DNA of 64,000 nt from an uncultured Gemmatimonadales bacterium (GTDB lineage: Bacteria > Gemmatimonadota > Gemmatimonadetes > Gemmatimonadales > GWC2-71-9): NCBI GenBank assembly GCA_963844035.1, contig CAWJMT010000037.1, positions 160,001 to 224,000 of the forward strand. The letters run 5' to 3'. The notes under the pieces were generated by a model that was not told the DNA's origin, searched no databases, and worked only from the letters and a program-made list of their open reading frames with translations. The translations under genes and the position numbers were made by a program. Positions 52,322-64,000 of this stretch are shown piece after piece (the first letter of the stretch is position 1; every line of letters begins with the position of its first letter).

Positions 52322-53289
52322 GTGAGCCAGCCCTCGCGCCGGTACCAGGCCGCCGTGCGGCCCAGCCCGGTCTCGAGATCGATCCGCGCCTGCCACCCGG
52401 CGTCCGCCCGCAGTGCGTCGGCGCGGCAGGTCCAGGCTGGGGCGAGGAACTCCGCGGCGCGCTCCGACGAAATCACGCTCGCGCGGCCGATCAGGCTTGC
52501 CAGCGATCCTATGGCCCACATCGCCGCGCGGGCGACGGGCACCGGCAGTGGCACGAAGCGCAGCGTCCTCCCGACCGCGTATCCCACCGCGAGGGCGAGC
52601 CGCCGCGCCGTCGTGACGGCGGAGTGCGTCGCGAAGTAGACGCGGCCGGCCGTCCGCTCGCTCGTCGCGGCCGCGACCAGAGCGTCCGCCACATCGGCGC
52701 CGTAGATCACCGACAGCTCCTGCGAGCCGTCGCCGAACAGCGGCACGATCCCGCCTTTCGCCAGCTTGAAGAGCCGGAGCAACGCCTCGTCCCACTCGCC
52801 GTACACCACCGGGGGCCGCACGATGGTCCACGGGAACGGAGCGGTTGGCAGGAGCTGCTCACCGGCGAGCTTGCTCTTGCCGTACGGAGTGACAGGTCGG
52901 GGAGGATGGGATTCGTCGATCGCGACGCCCGGGACCGTGGGACCCGCGGCCGCGATCGACGACACCAGCACGAAGCGGCGCGGCGGCTGTGCTGCCGCGG
53001 CCTCCAACACCCGGGCGGTCCCGTCGCGGTTCGCGCGCATGAACTCCTGCAGGTTGCGTGCGGCGATCAGGCCTGCGAGATGATAGATCACGTCTGCTCC
53101 CGCGCATCCCTCCCGCAGCGCCGCGGCATCACTCAGGTCGCCTCGCACCAGGCGGACGCCGCTCCAGCCGCGCAACGCCGCCTTGGCCGGCGAACGCACC
53201 AGGCAGCTCACCTCGTCGCCGCGCGCGACCAGCGCACTGACGAGGTGGGTGCCCAGAAATCCCGTGGCACCCGTGACAAACACTCTCAC
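52318..53289 (-). CDS. NAD-dependent epimerase/dehydratase-family reductase (candidate ceramide reductase, CerR-like)
   Basis: VTGATGFLG, HLAG, VSSIAA, YGKSK; translationally coupled to the GNAT gene. Confidence 0.8.
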   Translation of the reverse strand: MRVFVTGATGFLGTHLVSALVARGDEVSCLVRSPAKAALRGWSGVRLVRGDLSDAAALREGCAGADVIYHLAGLIAARNLQEFMRANRDGTARVLEAAAAQPPRRFVLVSSIAAAGPTVPGVAIDESHPPRPVTPYGKSKLAGEQLLPTAPFPWTIVRPPVVYGEWDEALLRLFKLAKGGIVPLFGDGSQELSVIYGADVADALVAAATSERTAGRVYFATHSAVTTARRLALAVGYAVGRTLRFVPLPVPVARAAMWAIGSLASLIGRASVISSERAAEFLAPAWTCRADALRADAGWQARIDLETGLGRTAAWYRREGWLT

Positions 53290-54401
53290 AGTGCCTTGTC
53301 GTAGATCCGGTACGTCTTGTACGGGCGGAACGCGACGCGCAGTGCGGCGTTCATCATCGGCATGTTGTCTTCGAGCACCCAGCCGGCCTCGCCCCAGTAG
53401 TAGCCGTTCTTATTCGCCTTGTCCCAGATCCAGTGGTACATCAGCGCGTCGACTCCGCTGGCGCGGTACTCCTTGAGCACGCCGAGCAGCAGGACCCGGG
53501 CCCGGGAAATGTGGCGGGACTGCCAGAGCACTTTCAGGATTCCGGGGAACAGCCGTCCCGACGGGTTACGTTTGAGCGCGACATTCAAGTCCGGGAGTGC
53601 CACGCCGAACCCAATGACCTTGCCCTCGCGCTCGGCGAAACACACCAGGTCGGGGACGATCACCGGCTTGAGCTGCTTCGCGAGATGGTCGATTTCCGCG
53701 TCGGTGAGCGGGACGAAGCCCCAGTTCTTTTCCCACGCCTGGTTGTACAGAACCTTGACCAGCTCGACCTCCGCCTTGAAGCGCTTCATGTCGAGCCCGC
53801 GAAGGGTGATGCCGCGACGCTCCGCGATCAGCCGGGCGGCGCGTATCAGCCGCTCCGGCACCTCGGAGTGTGTCGACTCGAGCGCGAACATGTCCTTGGC
53901 TTTCTGGAATCCGTAGCGCTCGTGCAGCGGGACGTACGACGGCGGGTTGTGCGGCATCATGATGGTCGGCGGCGTGTCGAATCCTTCGACCAGCAGGCCG
54001 CATTCATCGTTGATGGACGGACTCATGGGTCCGCGCATGGTGTCGAATCCCCGTTTGCGCAGCCATGCGGCGGCGGCGTCAAACAGGGCCGTGGCCACCG
54101 CCTGATCGTCGATGCTTTCGAAGAACCCGTAGAAGCCGACGCGGTCGCCGTGCTCCAGCGTGTGGGCGTCGTTCTTGATCGCGGCAATCCGTCCGACGGT
54201 GCGTCCGTTCTGGACGGCTAGGAAATATTGTGCCTCGGCGTGACGGAAGAACGGATTCTTGGCGGGGGAGAGCAGCGTCCGGACGTCCATCCGCAGCTGA
54301 GGCACCCACAGGGGATCGCCGCGGTAGTGGTCGTAGGGAAAAGCGATGAAACGGTTGAGACCGCGCCCGTCGGTGACGGGCACGATCTCGACACCTGTCA
54401 G
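53286..54401 (-). CDS. GNAT-like acyltransferase, candidate bacterial ceramide synthase (bCerS-like); start approximate
   Basis: FIAFPY..Y..DPLWVP, KNPFF, VGRIAAI, GFYGFFE, MRGP, GLLVEGF, MPHNP, NWGFVP, GWVLEDN; directly downstream of spt. Confidence 0.78.
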   Translation of the reverse strand: MTGVEIVPVTDGRGLNRFIAFPYDHYRGDPLWVPQLRMDVRTLLSPAKNPFFRHAEAQYFLAVQNGRTVGRIAAIKNDAHTLEHGDRVGFYGFFESIDDQAVATALFDAAAAWLRKRGFDTMRGPMSPSINDECGLLVEGFDTPPTIMMPHNPPSYVPLHERYGFQKAKDMFALESTHSEVPERLIRAARLIAERRGITLRGLDMKRFKAEVELVKVLYNQAWEKNWGFVPLTDAEIDHLAKQLKPVIVPDLVCFAEREGKVIGFGVALPDLNVALKRNPSGRLFPGILKVLWQSRHISRARVLLLGVLKEYRASGVDALMYHWIWDKANKNGYYWGEAGWVLEDNMPMMNAALRVAFRPYKTYRIYDKAL

Positions 54402-55605
54402 ATGACCCCCAGCTCTTTGCCGAGCCGGGCGAACGTCTCCAGGGCCTGATCGATCTGTTCCGGTGCGTGGGTTGCCATCAGACTCGTGCGCAACCGGCAC
54501 TGGGAGGGTGGCACGGCGGGCGGTACGACCGGGTTCGTGAAGACGCCGGCGTCGAACAGCTTGCGCCAGAACAGGAACGTCTTCTCGAGCGGCCCGATGA
54601 GCACCGGCACGATCGGCGTCTCGGTGGGGCCGATGTCGAAGCCGAGCGAGCGGAGCCCTTCCTGCAGCCGCCGGGCGTTGGCCCACAGCTGCGTCCGCGC
54701 GCCACGGCTCGGCCTGCAGGATGTGCAGCGCCTCGAGCACGCCCGCCGTGTTCGACGGCGGCAGCGCGGCGGTGAAGATCAGCGGCCGCGAGTGGTGGCT
54801 GCAGGAAGTGGATCACGGTTTCCGACCCGGCCACGAACCCACCGATCGACGCCAGCGACTTGGAGAATGTCCCGACGATGAGATCGACTTCGTCCGTGAG
54901 GCCGAAGTGGGCGGCCGTGCCGTCGCCGTTCGGGCCGAGCACGCCGACGGCATGCGCGTCGTCCAGGGCGAGGGCGGCGCCGAAGCGCTGCGCCACCTTG
55001 AGCAGGTTCGGCACGTCGGCGATGTCCCCTTCCATCGAGTACACGCCGTCCACCACGATCATGATCCCGGTGCTGGGCGCCAGGGCGCTGAGCTTCCGCT
55101 CGAGGCCGGCGAGATCGCCGTGGTTGAAGCGCAGCGTCTCCCCGTGCGACATGCTGGCGCCGTCCACGATCGAGGCGTGGTCCAGCTTGTCGAGGACCAC
55201 CACGTCGCCGCGGCCGACGAGTCCGGAGATCATGCCGAGGTTGGCCTGGTAGCCCGTGGAGAACACAAGGCAGGATTCCTTGCCGAAGAACTCCGCCAGC
55301 TCCGACTCCAGCTGCTCGTGCAGGTCCAGGGTGCCGTTCAGGAACCGGCTGCCGGTGCAGCCCGAGCCGTAGCGCTCGAGGGCCGCCTTGGCCGCTGCGA
55401 GCACGGCGGGATGGTGCGTGAGCCCCAGGTAGTTGTTGGAGCCCATCATGATCCGCGGCTTGCCTTCGATGACGACGACGGTGTCTTCGGAGTGGGAAAT
55501 CGCCTTGAAATACGGATACAGCCCCGAGGCCTGCACCTCGCGCGCGCGGGTGAAGTTCCTGCACTTGTCGAAGAGCGCGATGTTCTGCAGGGTCTCGGTG
55601 CCCAA
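54398..55605 (-). CDS. spt: Serine palmitoyltransferase-like alpha-oxoamine synthase; frameshifts near 54800 and 54700
   Basis: [56 protein letters not shown]-lysine motif GTFSKS. Confidence 0.82.
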
Positions 55606-55762
55606 GGGCCCTCGGCCGATATGGATGTGGGGTAGAGCTTAGTGGACCGGTGTCCAGTTGGCAAGGTCATGTTGGCGCAGCGAGTTAGCACGCCGCACCA
55701 TGACTCGGTAGGTTGTAGCTCACTTCGTTTCCGGGGTCCACGAATTCGCTGCACACATTGCG

Positions 55763-56469
55763 GTGACGCTGGTCTTGTTGTTGACCGCCCACCCGGCATC
55801 CGCACAGACGGCTTCTGTCGAACACTACCGCGTCAGCTGGTGGGACGCCGCGTCGATATCTGCCGGCGCCACGCTGTACTTCACGCCCGGCGCCCTCGGG
55901 TTGCCGGAAGGCGCCCCGTCCTGCGCACCCTGCGATCCGGCAACGCTTCCCGGCATCGATCGTGGCGCGGTGCATCCCGTGTCGAGCTCGGCGGATATCG
56001 GCAAGCGAGCGTCATGCTCGCCGCCGTCGTGGGAGCGGACGGCGCTCGCCGGGTTGAGCGGCCTGCCCGCGGAACAGTGGCAGGGAACCTGGTGGTCTTC
56101 GCCAACACCGCGACCTGGACCTACGCGATCGACCGAGTGGCTGAAGGTTCGGGATACGCCGCGAGCGGCCGGTGCTGTACACGGACGACGCCGTGGCCGC
56201 CGCCGGCGTTCGGAGCAGTCAGATGTCGATGCCGAGCGGGCATACGGCCATGGCGTTCGCGGCCGCCACCTCGTACTTCGTCATGGCGGGGCGGCAGCAC
56301 CTGGCGCATCGTAACGCGCAACGCGGCGCTGCTCTACGCCGGCGCCGTCGGGGTGGCGTCGCTGCGGGTGGTCGCCGGCAAGCATTTCCCGACCGATGTC
56401 ATCGCGGGTGCGGCCCTTGGGTCCGGGATCGGGTGGCTGGTCCCGACCATCCACCCGACGTCTCCGTGA
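55763..56469 (+). CDS. PAP2-family phosphatase with signal peptide; several frameshifts
   Basis: LLLTAHPASAQ; EWLK...RERP across frames; MPSGHT; SLRVVAGKHFPTDV. Confidence 0.8.
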
Positions 56470-57870
56470 GTACTCCCGAGCTTTCAGCAGAGGCCCGCCT
56501 CCCACGCGTCATGCGGCTGCGTGACGTCGTGTTGTTCAACCTGACCGCGATCGTCGGCCTCCGCTGGCTGACAACGGCGGCGCAATTCGGTCCCGCCAGC
56601 CTGCTGCTCTGGGTGCTCGCGATGGTGTTCTTCTTTCTTCCATCAGCTGTGGCGGTGCGCGAGCTCACCGATATCGACCCCAGAGCGGGTGGGATCTATC
56701 GCTGGGTCAGCCGCGCACTCGGGCCGCGGCATGGGTTCCTCGCGGGCTGGGGGTACTGGGTCAACAATCTCCTCTATTTCCCCTCGCTGCTCCTGGCGAC
56801 GGCGGCCACAATCGCCTACGTCGGCGGTCCGAGCACGGTGCACTTGCAGGACAACAGCATCTTTGTCGGTAGCGTATCGCTCGTCTGCCTGTGGATCGCC
56901 GTGTGGCTCAACGTCGTCGGCCTGCGGGTGGGCAAATGGCTGCAGAATTTCGGCGGCCACGGCGCCTGGATTCCGGCGCTCATCTTCGTCGCGCTCGCGG
57001 CCTGGTCGTTTATCGAGCGGGGCAGCGCGACGAGCTTCACGACCGGCCGCTTGCTGCCCGCCAAGTTCGACTTTCAGCTCGTCAACTTTTTCGCCACGAT
57101 GACCTTCGCCTTCGCTGGACTGGAGCTGGCCCCCTCGCTGGGCGGCGAGGTCCAGGACCCGGCGGCGACGCTGCGGCGCGGCGTCGTCGTTTCGGGGTTC
57201 GCCATCGTGGCCATCTACGTCCTCGGTACGCTGGCGATGCTGGTGGCGCTGCCTGCGGAGCAGGTCAACATCACGAACGGGATGCCGCAGGCCACCGCCG
57301 CGCTCGCCCGTGGGTTGGGGCACACGGCGCTCAGTCCCCGTCGCGGGCGTCGTCGCCGCCCTGGTGGCCCTGGGCAACGTGGGGGGTGTGGGGGCGTGGC
57401 TCGCGGGATGCGCGCGCCTGCCGTTCGCGGCGGGGGTGGACCAGGCGCTTCCCGCGAGCTTCGCGCGCGTGCACCCCCGCTGGCAGACCCCGTACGTGGC
57501 GCTGCTCGTGCAGGGCGCGCTCGCCACCGTGTTCGTCGTCGCGGGACTCGCCGGCGCTACGGTGCGCGACGCCTACGTCACGCTCACGAGCACCACGATC
57601 ATTCTGTTTTTTGTGCCGTATCTCTACATCTTTGCCGCCTACCTGCGGCTGCGGCGCGAGCGCACCCTCCGCACCACGCTCGTCGGCTGGTCGGGAATGG
57701 CCGCCGTCGCGCTGTCCATCGCTCTATCTCTGGTGCCCCCCGCGGTCGAGCAACCGTGGGTGTTCGAAGCGAAGGTGGTCGGGGGAACGGTGGTGTTCTT
57801 AGGGGTAGGTCTGGTGTTGTCGCGGGGCGGTGTGAGGGCGGGCACAGCAGTGCGCGCCCCGTCTTTGTAG
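56466..57870 (+). CDS. APC-family amino acid permease; frameshift near 57335
   Basis: VGLRW, GGIYRWV, FAFAGLE, LPASFARVHPRWQTPY; about 12 TM segments. Confidence 0.9.
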
Positions 57871-57874
57871 AGTT

Positions 57875-60165
57875 ATGGAACGCATGGCTTCACACCCGAT
57901 TCCTTACGTTCCCCGCCTCTCGCTACGACGCGCGGCCGTCATGGTCAGCGCGACCCTTCTGCTTGCCCTGCCGTCGGCAGCGTCCGGCCAGGGCGCCCTG
58001 CACCCACGGCGCGAGATCCGCGGGTTCGATTTCTCGCGCGATGGCGTATGGCGCAAGCGCGCGCGCCAGGTGGCCGCCCGTCGCGCCGCGTTGCTCGCCC
58101 AGGGACAGTTCGGGGCGTTGAACGCCCCGCGTGCGCCCGGGTTCCGGGGTCCGAGCCTGGCGACCCTCAGTGGCACGCTCCGCGTCCCGGCGATTCTTTT
58201 CAAATACAACGACACGCCTGCGCCCGACCTGCGCGACACCGCCGCGTACAACGCGGTGCTGTTCGCCCTGACGCCGCCGCTGGGCCGGCCCTATACCCTC
58301 CGCACCTACTATCAGGAGATCTCGAACGGCCTGCTGGATCTCCAGGGTGAGACATACGGGTATGCCGCCCTCGCCTCGAACGAGGTCACGTACACGGGCA
58401 CTCCCCCCTGCTACGGCAATCCGTTCGGCTCCACGAATTGCAACGGCCTGTTCGACTACAGCGGGGCGCAAGGGCCTCCCGACCCCGTGACCCGGATGCA
58501 GAACGGACTGCGCGAGGCGTTGCAGCGTGCTGGACGCCAGCATCGACTGGACGCAATACGACAACGACGGTGACGGCTACGTCGACCTGGTGGTGTTCCT
58601 CCAGCCCGCGCAAGACGGCGCCTGCGGCGGCCCGGGCAACAATCATCTCTGGTCGCACCGCTTCTCGTTCGGCTCCGGTTACGGGCCCGAGTTCACCACG
58701 CATTCGCCGGCGGCGGGTGGGGGCTTCATCAAGGTGCGCGACTACCTCCTGCAGAGCGCGCTGGGCGGGGCGACGGCGTGCGATGCGGCGCAGATCATGC
58801 CGATCGGAACTGTGGCACACGAAACCGGCCACGGATTCGGCTTGCCCGACCTGTACGACACCCAAACATCGAGCGAGGGGATCGGCGATTGGGGGCTGAT
58901 GGGTGCGGGGAATTACACCTCGGCGCTGAGCCCATCGCGCATGGAGGCCTGGTCGCTCAACGAGTTGGGCTGGGTGACCGTCGCGCCGCTCACGGTCGGC
59001 GGCTCCTACCAGTTCAACGCCGCCCCCGTCGCCGACACGGCGTTCTACATCCGCGCGCGCGGCAACAATCCGCGCGGCGAATACTTCCTGCTCGAGAACC
59101 GCCAGGCGTCTCAGTCCGACACCGCGATGATCCGCTTCCGGTGCCAGCGCAGCAGTGCACCCGCCTCGTGTCCCGGGGGGTTGCTCATCTGGCACATCGA
59201 CTCCCTCAAGGTCGCGAACGGATCCTTTGGTAACTCCGTCAATTCCGGCGCAATTCACGGTGTCGCGCTGATGCAGGCGGATGGGTTGCGCGATCTCGAT
59301 TTCGGGCAGAATCGTGGTGATGCCGGGGACGCCTACCCGGGGATCGCCAGGCCCAGCACGCCGTCGCCCAGGAATCCGAACGTGGAGTTCTCGGTTACCT
59401 CGACGCCTGCGGCCAGGAAGAATCTCGACAGCAGCTCGGTGGGCTTTGCGCTTGACTCGATCCGCCAGCTCGTGCCCGGCGCGTTGATGCGGTTCCGACT
59501 CCGGTTCGGCCAGCCGCTCGTCTTCACGGCTACAGCCCATGGCACGGTCACTCCGAATCCGGTGAGCGCCACGAGCGGATCATTCATCGCAGAGTCCAGC
59601 ACGGTGACGCTGACCGCGGCCACGGATCCGGGGTACATCTTCGCCGGCTGGACCGGGGACACGTCGACGATCAATACGGATCTCGTGCTGACCATGGTCG
59701 CGGCCCTATACGGTGACGGCGAACTTCGGCACGGCCCTCAGCGTCACGAGCGGCGATACGCTGCCGGGTGCGTCGATGGGAACGGCATATCTGGACACCC
59801 TGCGCGCGAGCGGCGGGACCGGCGCCTACACGTGGCAGCTCGTGGGAGCGGCGCCGCCGGCACTCGCACTGTCCGCGAGCGGCGTCATCACGGGGACTCC
59901 CTCGCAGGTCGGGACCTTTTCGCTGCAGGCGCGGGTGACGTCGGGCGCCCTGCAGCAGACGCACACGTTTACGGTGACCACCACGGCCCCGACGTTGGCG
60001 ACGGCCGCTGTGCTGGCGAAGCTGCTGACGGGCACGGGCCCGCTGACGGCGGGGCACGTCACGTACCTCGACCTGATCGGCAACCACAACGGGGATCTCG
60101 ACGTGGGCGATTTCGTGGCGTGGGTGAACCTGACGGGCGCCCCGGCGCCGCCGGGACCGCAATGA
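57875..60165 (+). CDS. M6-family (immune inhibitor A-like) secreted metalloprotease with Ig-like C-terminal domains; frameshifts near 58525 and 59700
   Basis: TYYQEISNG, QYDNDGDGYVD, LWSHRF, AHETGHGFGLPDLYD, WGLMGAG, YFLLENRQ, GLLIWHID. Confidence 0.9.
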
Positions 60166-60543
60166 AGCGCGTGCTCCTGGCTGTCCTGATCGCGTTGTCC
60201 GGCGCGTGCGAGCACAACACCGCGCCGGTCGCGGGGCTCCTGCGGGTGCAACTCACCACGCCGAACAGCGGCGGTGATCGCGCGATCCTTGTGTCGGTCT
60301 CAGGGCCTGCGGCGCTCACCAGCATCGCTGCCCCGAGCGCGCTGCGGGTGTTTTCGTACCCGCCGTTCGGTACGACGAACAAGTTCGTGGTGACGGGGAC
60401 CATCCCCTCCGGCACCATCCTGACCATCGGTGTGGCCGACGTCGGTCAAGCGGGCAGTTACACCGCGACCGTCCAGCAGGCGGCGACGCCGACCTACCAG
60501 CTGCGGGACCTCGACGGGCTACTCCCTTACCGTCGCGCCGTAG
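60162..60543 (+). CDS. Small beta-sandwich lipoprotein coupled to the M6 protease; 3' frameshift near 60512
   Basis: ATGA overlap; MKRVLLAVLIALSGAC lipobox; ends GYSLTVAP-TAG in the shifted frame. Confidence 0.7.
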
Positions 60544-61664
60544 CGCTGCGGGATCCGCCGCGTAACGCCGCCGCCTTCCGGGTGACCTCGGTTGTGAGCG
60601 CGGCGTAGGAGGCGGAGAACTTTGCCACGCCCTCGGTTTCAAGCTCACCAGTCACTCGCTCCAGATCGAAGCCGCCGCCGGCCAGTGTGGCGAGGCGCCG
60701 TCGCGCTTCCGAAATGGCGTGGGGTGTGACCCGCACCGCCGGCTCCCCGTGATCGCTGTAGGCCTCGAGGGTTTCCGGCGGCAACGTGGTGACCGTGTCC
60801 GGTGCGATGAGCGCCTCCACGTAGTAGACATCGGGAAGCGTCGGATCTTTCGTCGCGGTGGACGCCCACAGCGGTCGCTGCACGCGGGCACCCTCGCTCG
60901 CCAATGCTTCCCAGCGGGGCCCGCTGAACGTCTCCTGAAACGCCTGATACGCGACGAGGGCATTGGCGATCGCGATCGTGCCGCGCAAGTCGCGCAGCGC
61001 GGCGGAGCTCGAAGCGGCCAGCAGGGGATCGAGCTTCGTGTCCAGCCGGCTGACGAAGAAACTTGCGGCCGCCGCGATCCCGGCGATCGGCTCGCGTCGG
61101 GTGCGGCGCATGTTCGAGGCCCGTCAGGTAGGCGTCCATCACTGCGCGATGGCGGGCACCGGAGAACAGCAGCGTGACGTTGACGTTGATCCCGCGGCTG
61201 AGGCAGTAGGTGATCGCAGGAAGCCCGGCCACCGTACCCGGAATCTTGATCATCACGTTGGGGCGGTTCACGGCGTCCCACAGGCGGCGCGCTTCGAGCA
61301 CGGTGCCGTCGGTGTCGTGCGCCAGCGCGGGCGCGACCTCGATCGACACGAAGCCGTCGCGGCCGCCGCTGTCGTGGTAGAGCGCCAGGAATGCGTCACA
61401 CGCGGCCCGCACGTCCGACACCGCTAGGCGTTCGACAATTTCTGGGGGCGTGTGGCCGGACTCGGCAAGCGCGCGGATGTCTGCGTCGTAGCGGTCGCTG
61501 CCCGCGACGGCCTTCTCGAAGATGGTGGGGTTCGTGGTCATGCCCCGAACGCCGGCGGCGATCAGGCGGTGCAGCTCGCCCGTCTGCAGCAGGTCGCGCG
61601 TGATGGAGTCGAGCCAGGGGCTCTGGCCAAGCGCGCCGAGTTGAACGAGCGGATGCGGCGCCAT
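60527..61664 (-). CDS. tal: Transaldolase (long, mycobacterial/plant type); frameshift near 61110
   Basis: GQSPWLD, GMTTNPTIF, GFVSIEV, NVMIKIPGT, INVNVTLLFS, ASFFVSRLD, QRPLWAST. Confidence 0.92.
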
Positions 61665-62655
61665 CAGACCCTAGCGAATGTCCTCCGACCGCCTCGCCCG
61701 CCTCCGCGCGCAGGCCCTCCTGTTTGAGGACCAGGGCGCTCGCCTTCACCAGGTAGTAGGTGAGGACGAGCTGCGTGACCGCGAGCGAGTTCGAGCGCCG
61801 CTCGCGATCTCCGTCGTGAAACACGCCGAGCCGGTCGGAGCGCAGATGGCGCGCGTTGGGCATGTGGTCCCACATGCGGTTTTCGATCGCCTGCGTGGCG
61901 GCGTTCGAGAGGCAGCCGTTGATCTCGAGCACGTCGACCCCTTGGGCGCCGCGCTCGAGCTTGACGGCCGCGCGTCCGTCGGGTCCTTCGGCCGCCGCGA
62001 GCGCCTCCTCGAGATCGGGAACGGGGATCGGATGGCGCAGCGTGAGGCGCACGTTGAGCCGGGTGTTGTCCGGTTTCGTCGCGTAGTCGGCGGGCGGGAA
62101 GAACGAGATGACCATGTCGGCCTTCTCGCGCTGCGGCATCACGTAGGTCTCCGAGTCGTGACGCCGGTGTTCGAGCTGCTTCAAGACTTCGTCCCGGGTG
62201 TAGCCGCGTTTCGACATGTCACGCCCGATCTTCCAGGCGATGCGCAGCTCGGGATGGGGGTCGAGGAACACGGACACGTCCCACTGGCGCCGGAGCTCGG
62301 GGGTGAAGAGGGCGTGCAGCCCATGGACCAGCACGATCGGCTTCGGGGTGACGAACTCCGGGCGGCCGAACGTGCCGTCGGAGTGATCGTACACCGGCTT
62401 GAAGATCGTTTCGCCCCGCCGCAGCAGGGTCATGTGCTGGGCGATCAGGTCGAGATGATTGCAGTCGGGGTGGAGCGCGGTGATCTTGCGCGCGGTCCGG
62501 CCGACCCGGTCGAGGGAGTGGTAGTCGTCGAGGCAGATGTCGGTGACGCGGTCGTGACCGAGCAGGGCGACGCACCCGTTCGAGAGCGTCGATTTGCCGG
62601 CGCCCGAGTCGCCGACGAGGCACAACATGATGGGGCGTCCCGCCCGAAACGGCAT
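61664..62655 (-). CDS. prk: Phosphoribulokinase (cyanobacterial/plant-like class); 3' end probably frameshifted
   Basis: GDSGAGKST, ICLDDYHSLDR, ITALHP, KPVYDH, WKIGRD...RGY; GGAG ribosome-binding site before ATG 62655; TGATG junction with tal. Confidence 0.9.
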
Positions 62656-62684
62656 GTCACTCCTCGACTTGGACAGGCTCAACT

Positions 62685-62702
62685 TCGTGAAATAATTCAC
62701 AA
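62685..62702. promoter_or_regulatory. Rex-type operator upstream of prk
   Basis: TCGTGAA-ATAA-TTCACAA, one mismatch to TTGTGAA-N4-TTCACAA. Confidence 0.7.
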
Positions 62703-62998
62703 ACGGCAAGTGATGATCGCCTGGAGTCGGCGCGTCCGCTACCGACGTTCGGGCGAGCCAGGTCTCGCCCCATTGGGTAGGGGGGCGCAAACGGCGCCGC
62801 AGAGCAGGGATCATCGCAGCGAAAGTTCGCGTCGCGAGCGGTCCGGAGCGGCTCGAACGGGTGTTGGCGTTTATCCGGAAAGCGGGCTACTCTTACGGCT
62901 TCCGCAACACGCCGCGCGGTAGTTCCGCGCCGGCGGGATGTCGTGTCGCCACCCCTTTGAGTGGGGCGGCGCTTCGGATGGGCACACCCAAGTGCCCG

Positions 62999-63028
62999 TT
63001 GCGCGGATCGCTGGGCCTCAATTATGCT
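62999..63028 (+). promoter_or_regulatory. Possible sigma-70 promoter for cbbL
   Basis: TTGCGC-N18-TATGCT just upstream of the operator and ribosome-binding site. Confidence 0.4.
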
Positions 63029-63037
63029 TTGTGAGGC

Positions 63038-64000
<963 letters not shown>

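Noticed and set aside
54398..55605. BioF or Kbl annotation
   Set aside because: The GTFSKS motif, the GLYPYF N-terminus and GNAT/SDR neighbours favour Spt; no bio or tdh genes nearby
3044..62655. Pseudogene calls or programmed frameshifting for the split genes
   Set aside because: Too frequent, affects all functional classes, and no consistent slippery motif; sequencing error is more parsimonious
61396..62814. 472-aa extended PRK overlapping tal
   Set aside because: The ribosome-binding site supports ATG 62655, and the 3' extension is best explained by an indel before TGATG at 61664

Overview
High-GC bacterial chromosomal window of about 60 genes. The gene repertoire (Ser/Thr kinase-TPR, BTAD-AAA regulator, M6 protease, alternative complex III) suggests Gemmatimonadota; this is inference. 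About 29 genes, including respiratory ones, carry single-base frameshifts, which points to uncorrected long-read indel errors rather than pseudogenes. Blocks in order: (1) 1.7-7.9 kb, an atypical chaperone/usher-like pilus locus with four paralogous subunits and two sigma-54-type promoters, flanked by hybrid kinases. (2) 10.7-23.4 kb, GH38, esterase, peptide-type ABC transporter, GHMP kinase, heparinase/oligoalginate-lyase-like protein, TrmJ-like methylase, class III aminotransferase and an orphan PqqD. (3) 24.3-29.1 kb, an amidohydrolase x2/DapA-like/flavin TIM-barrel/OSBS-NAAAR operon. (4) 29.7-37.5 kb, actABCDEF followed by a cupredoxin lipoprotein. (5) VIT-vWA/ECF sigma/anti-sigma, rhodanese-MBL, kinase and BTAD regulator. 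(6) 47.5-56.5 kb, a likely sphingolipid locus (spt, bCerS-like, CerR-like, Aur1/PAP2-like) with accessory genes including a PHM-like copper protein. (7) APC permease, and an M6 protease with a partner lipoprotein. (8) The start of a Calvin-cycle cluster: tal-prk divergent from a form I (IE-like) cbbL, each side preceded by a near-perfect Rex-type operator. Several inverted 7-8-bp tandem-repeat elements occur. No rRNA, tRNA, CRISPR array or transposase was recognised.
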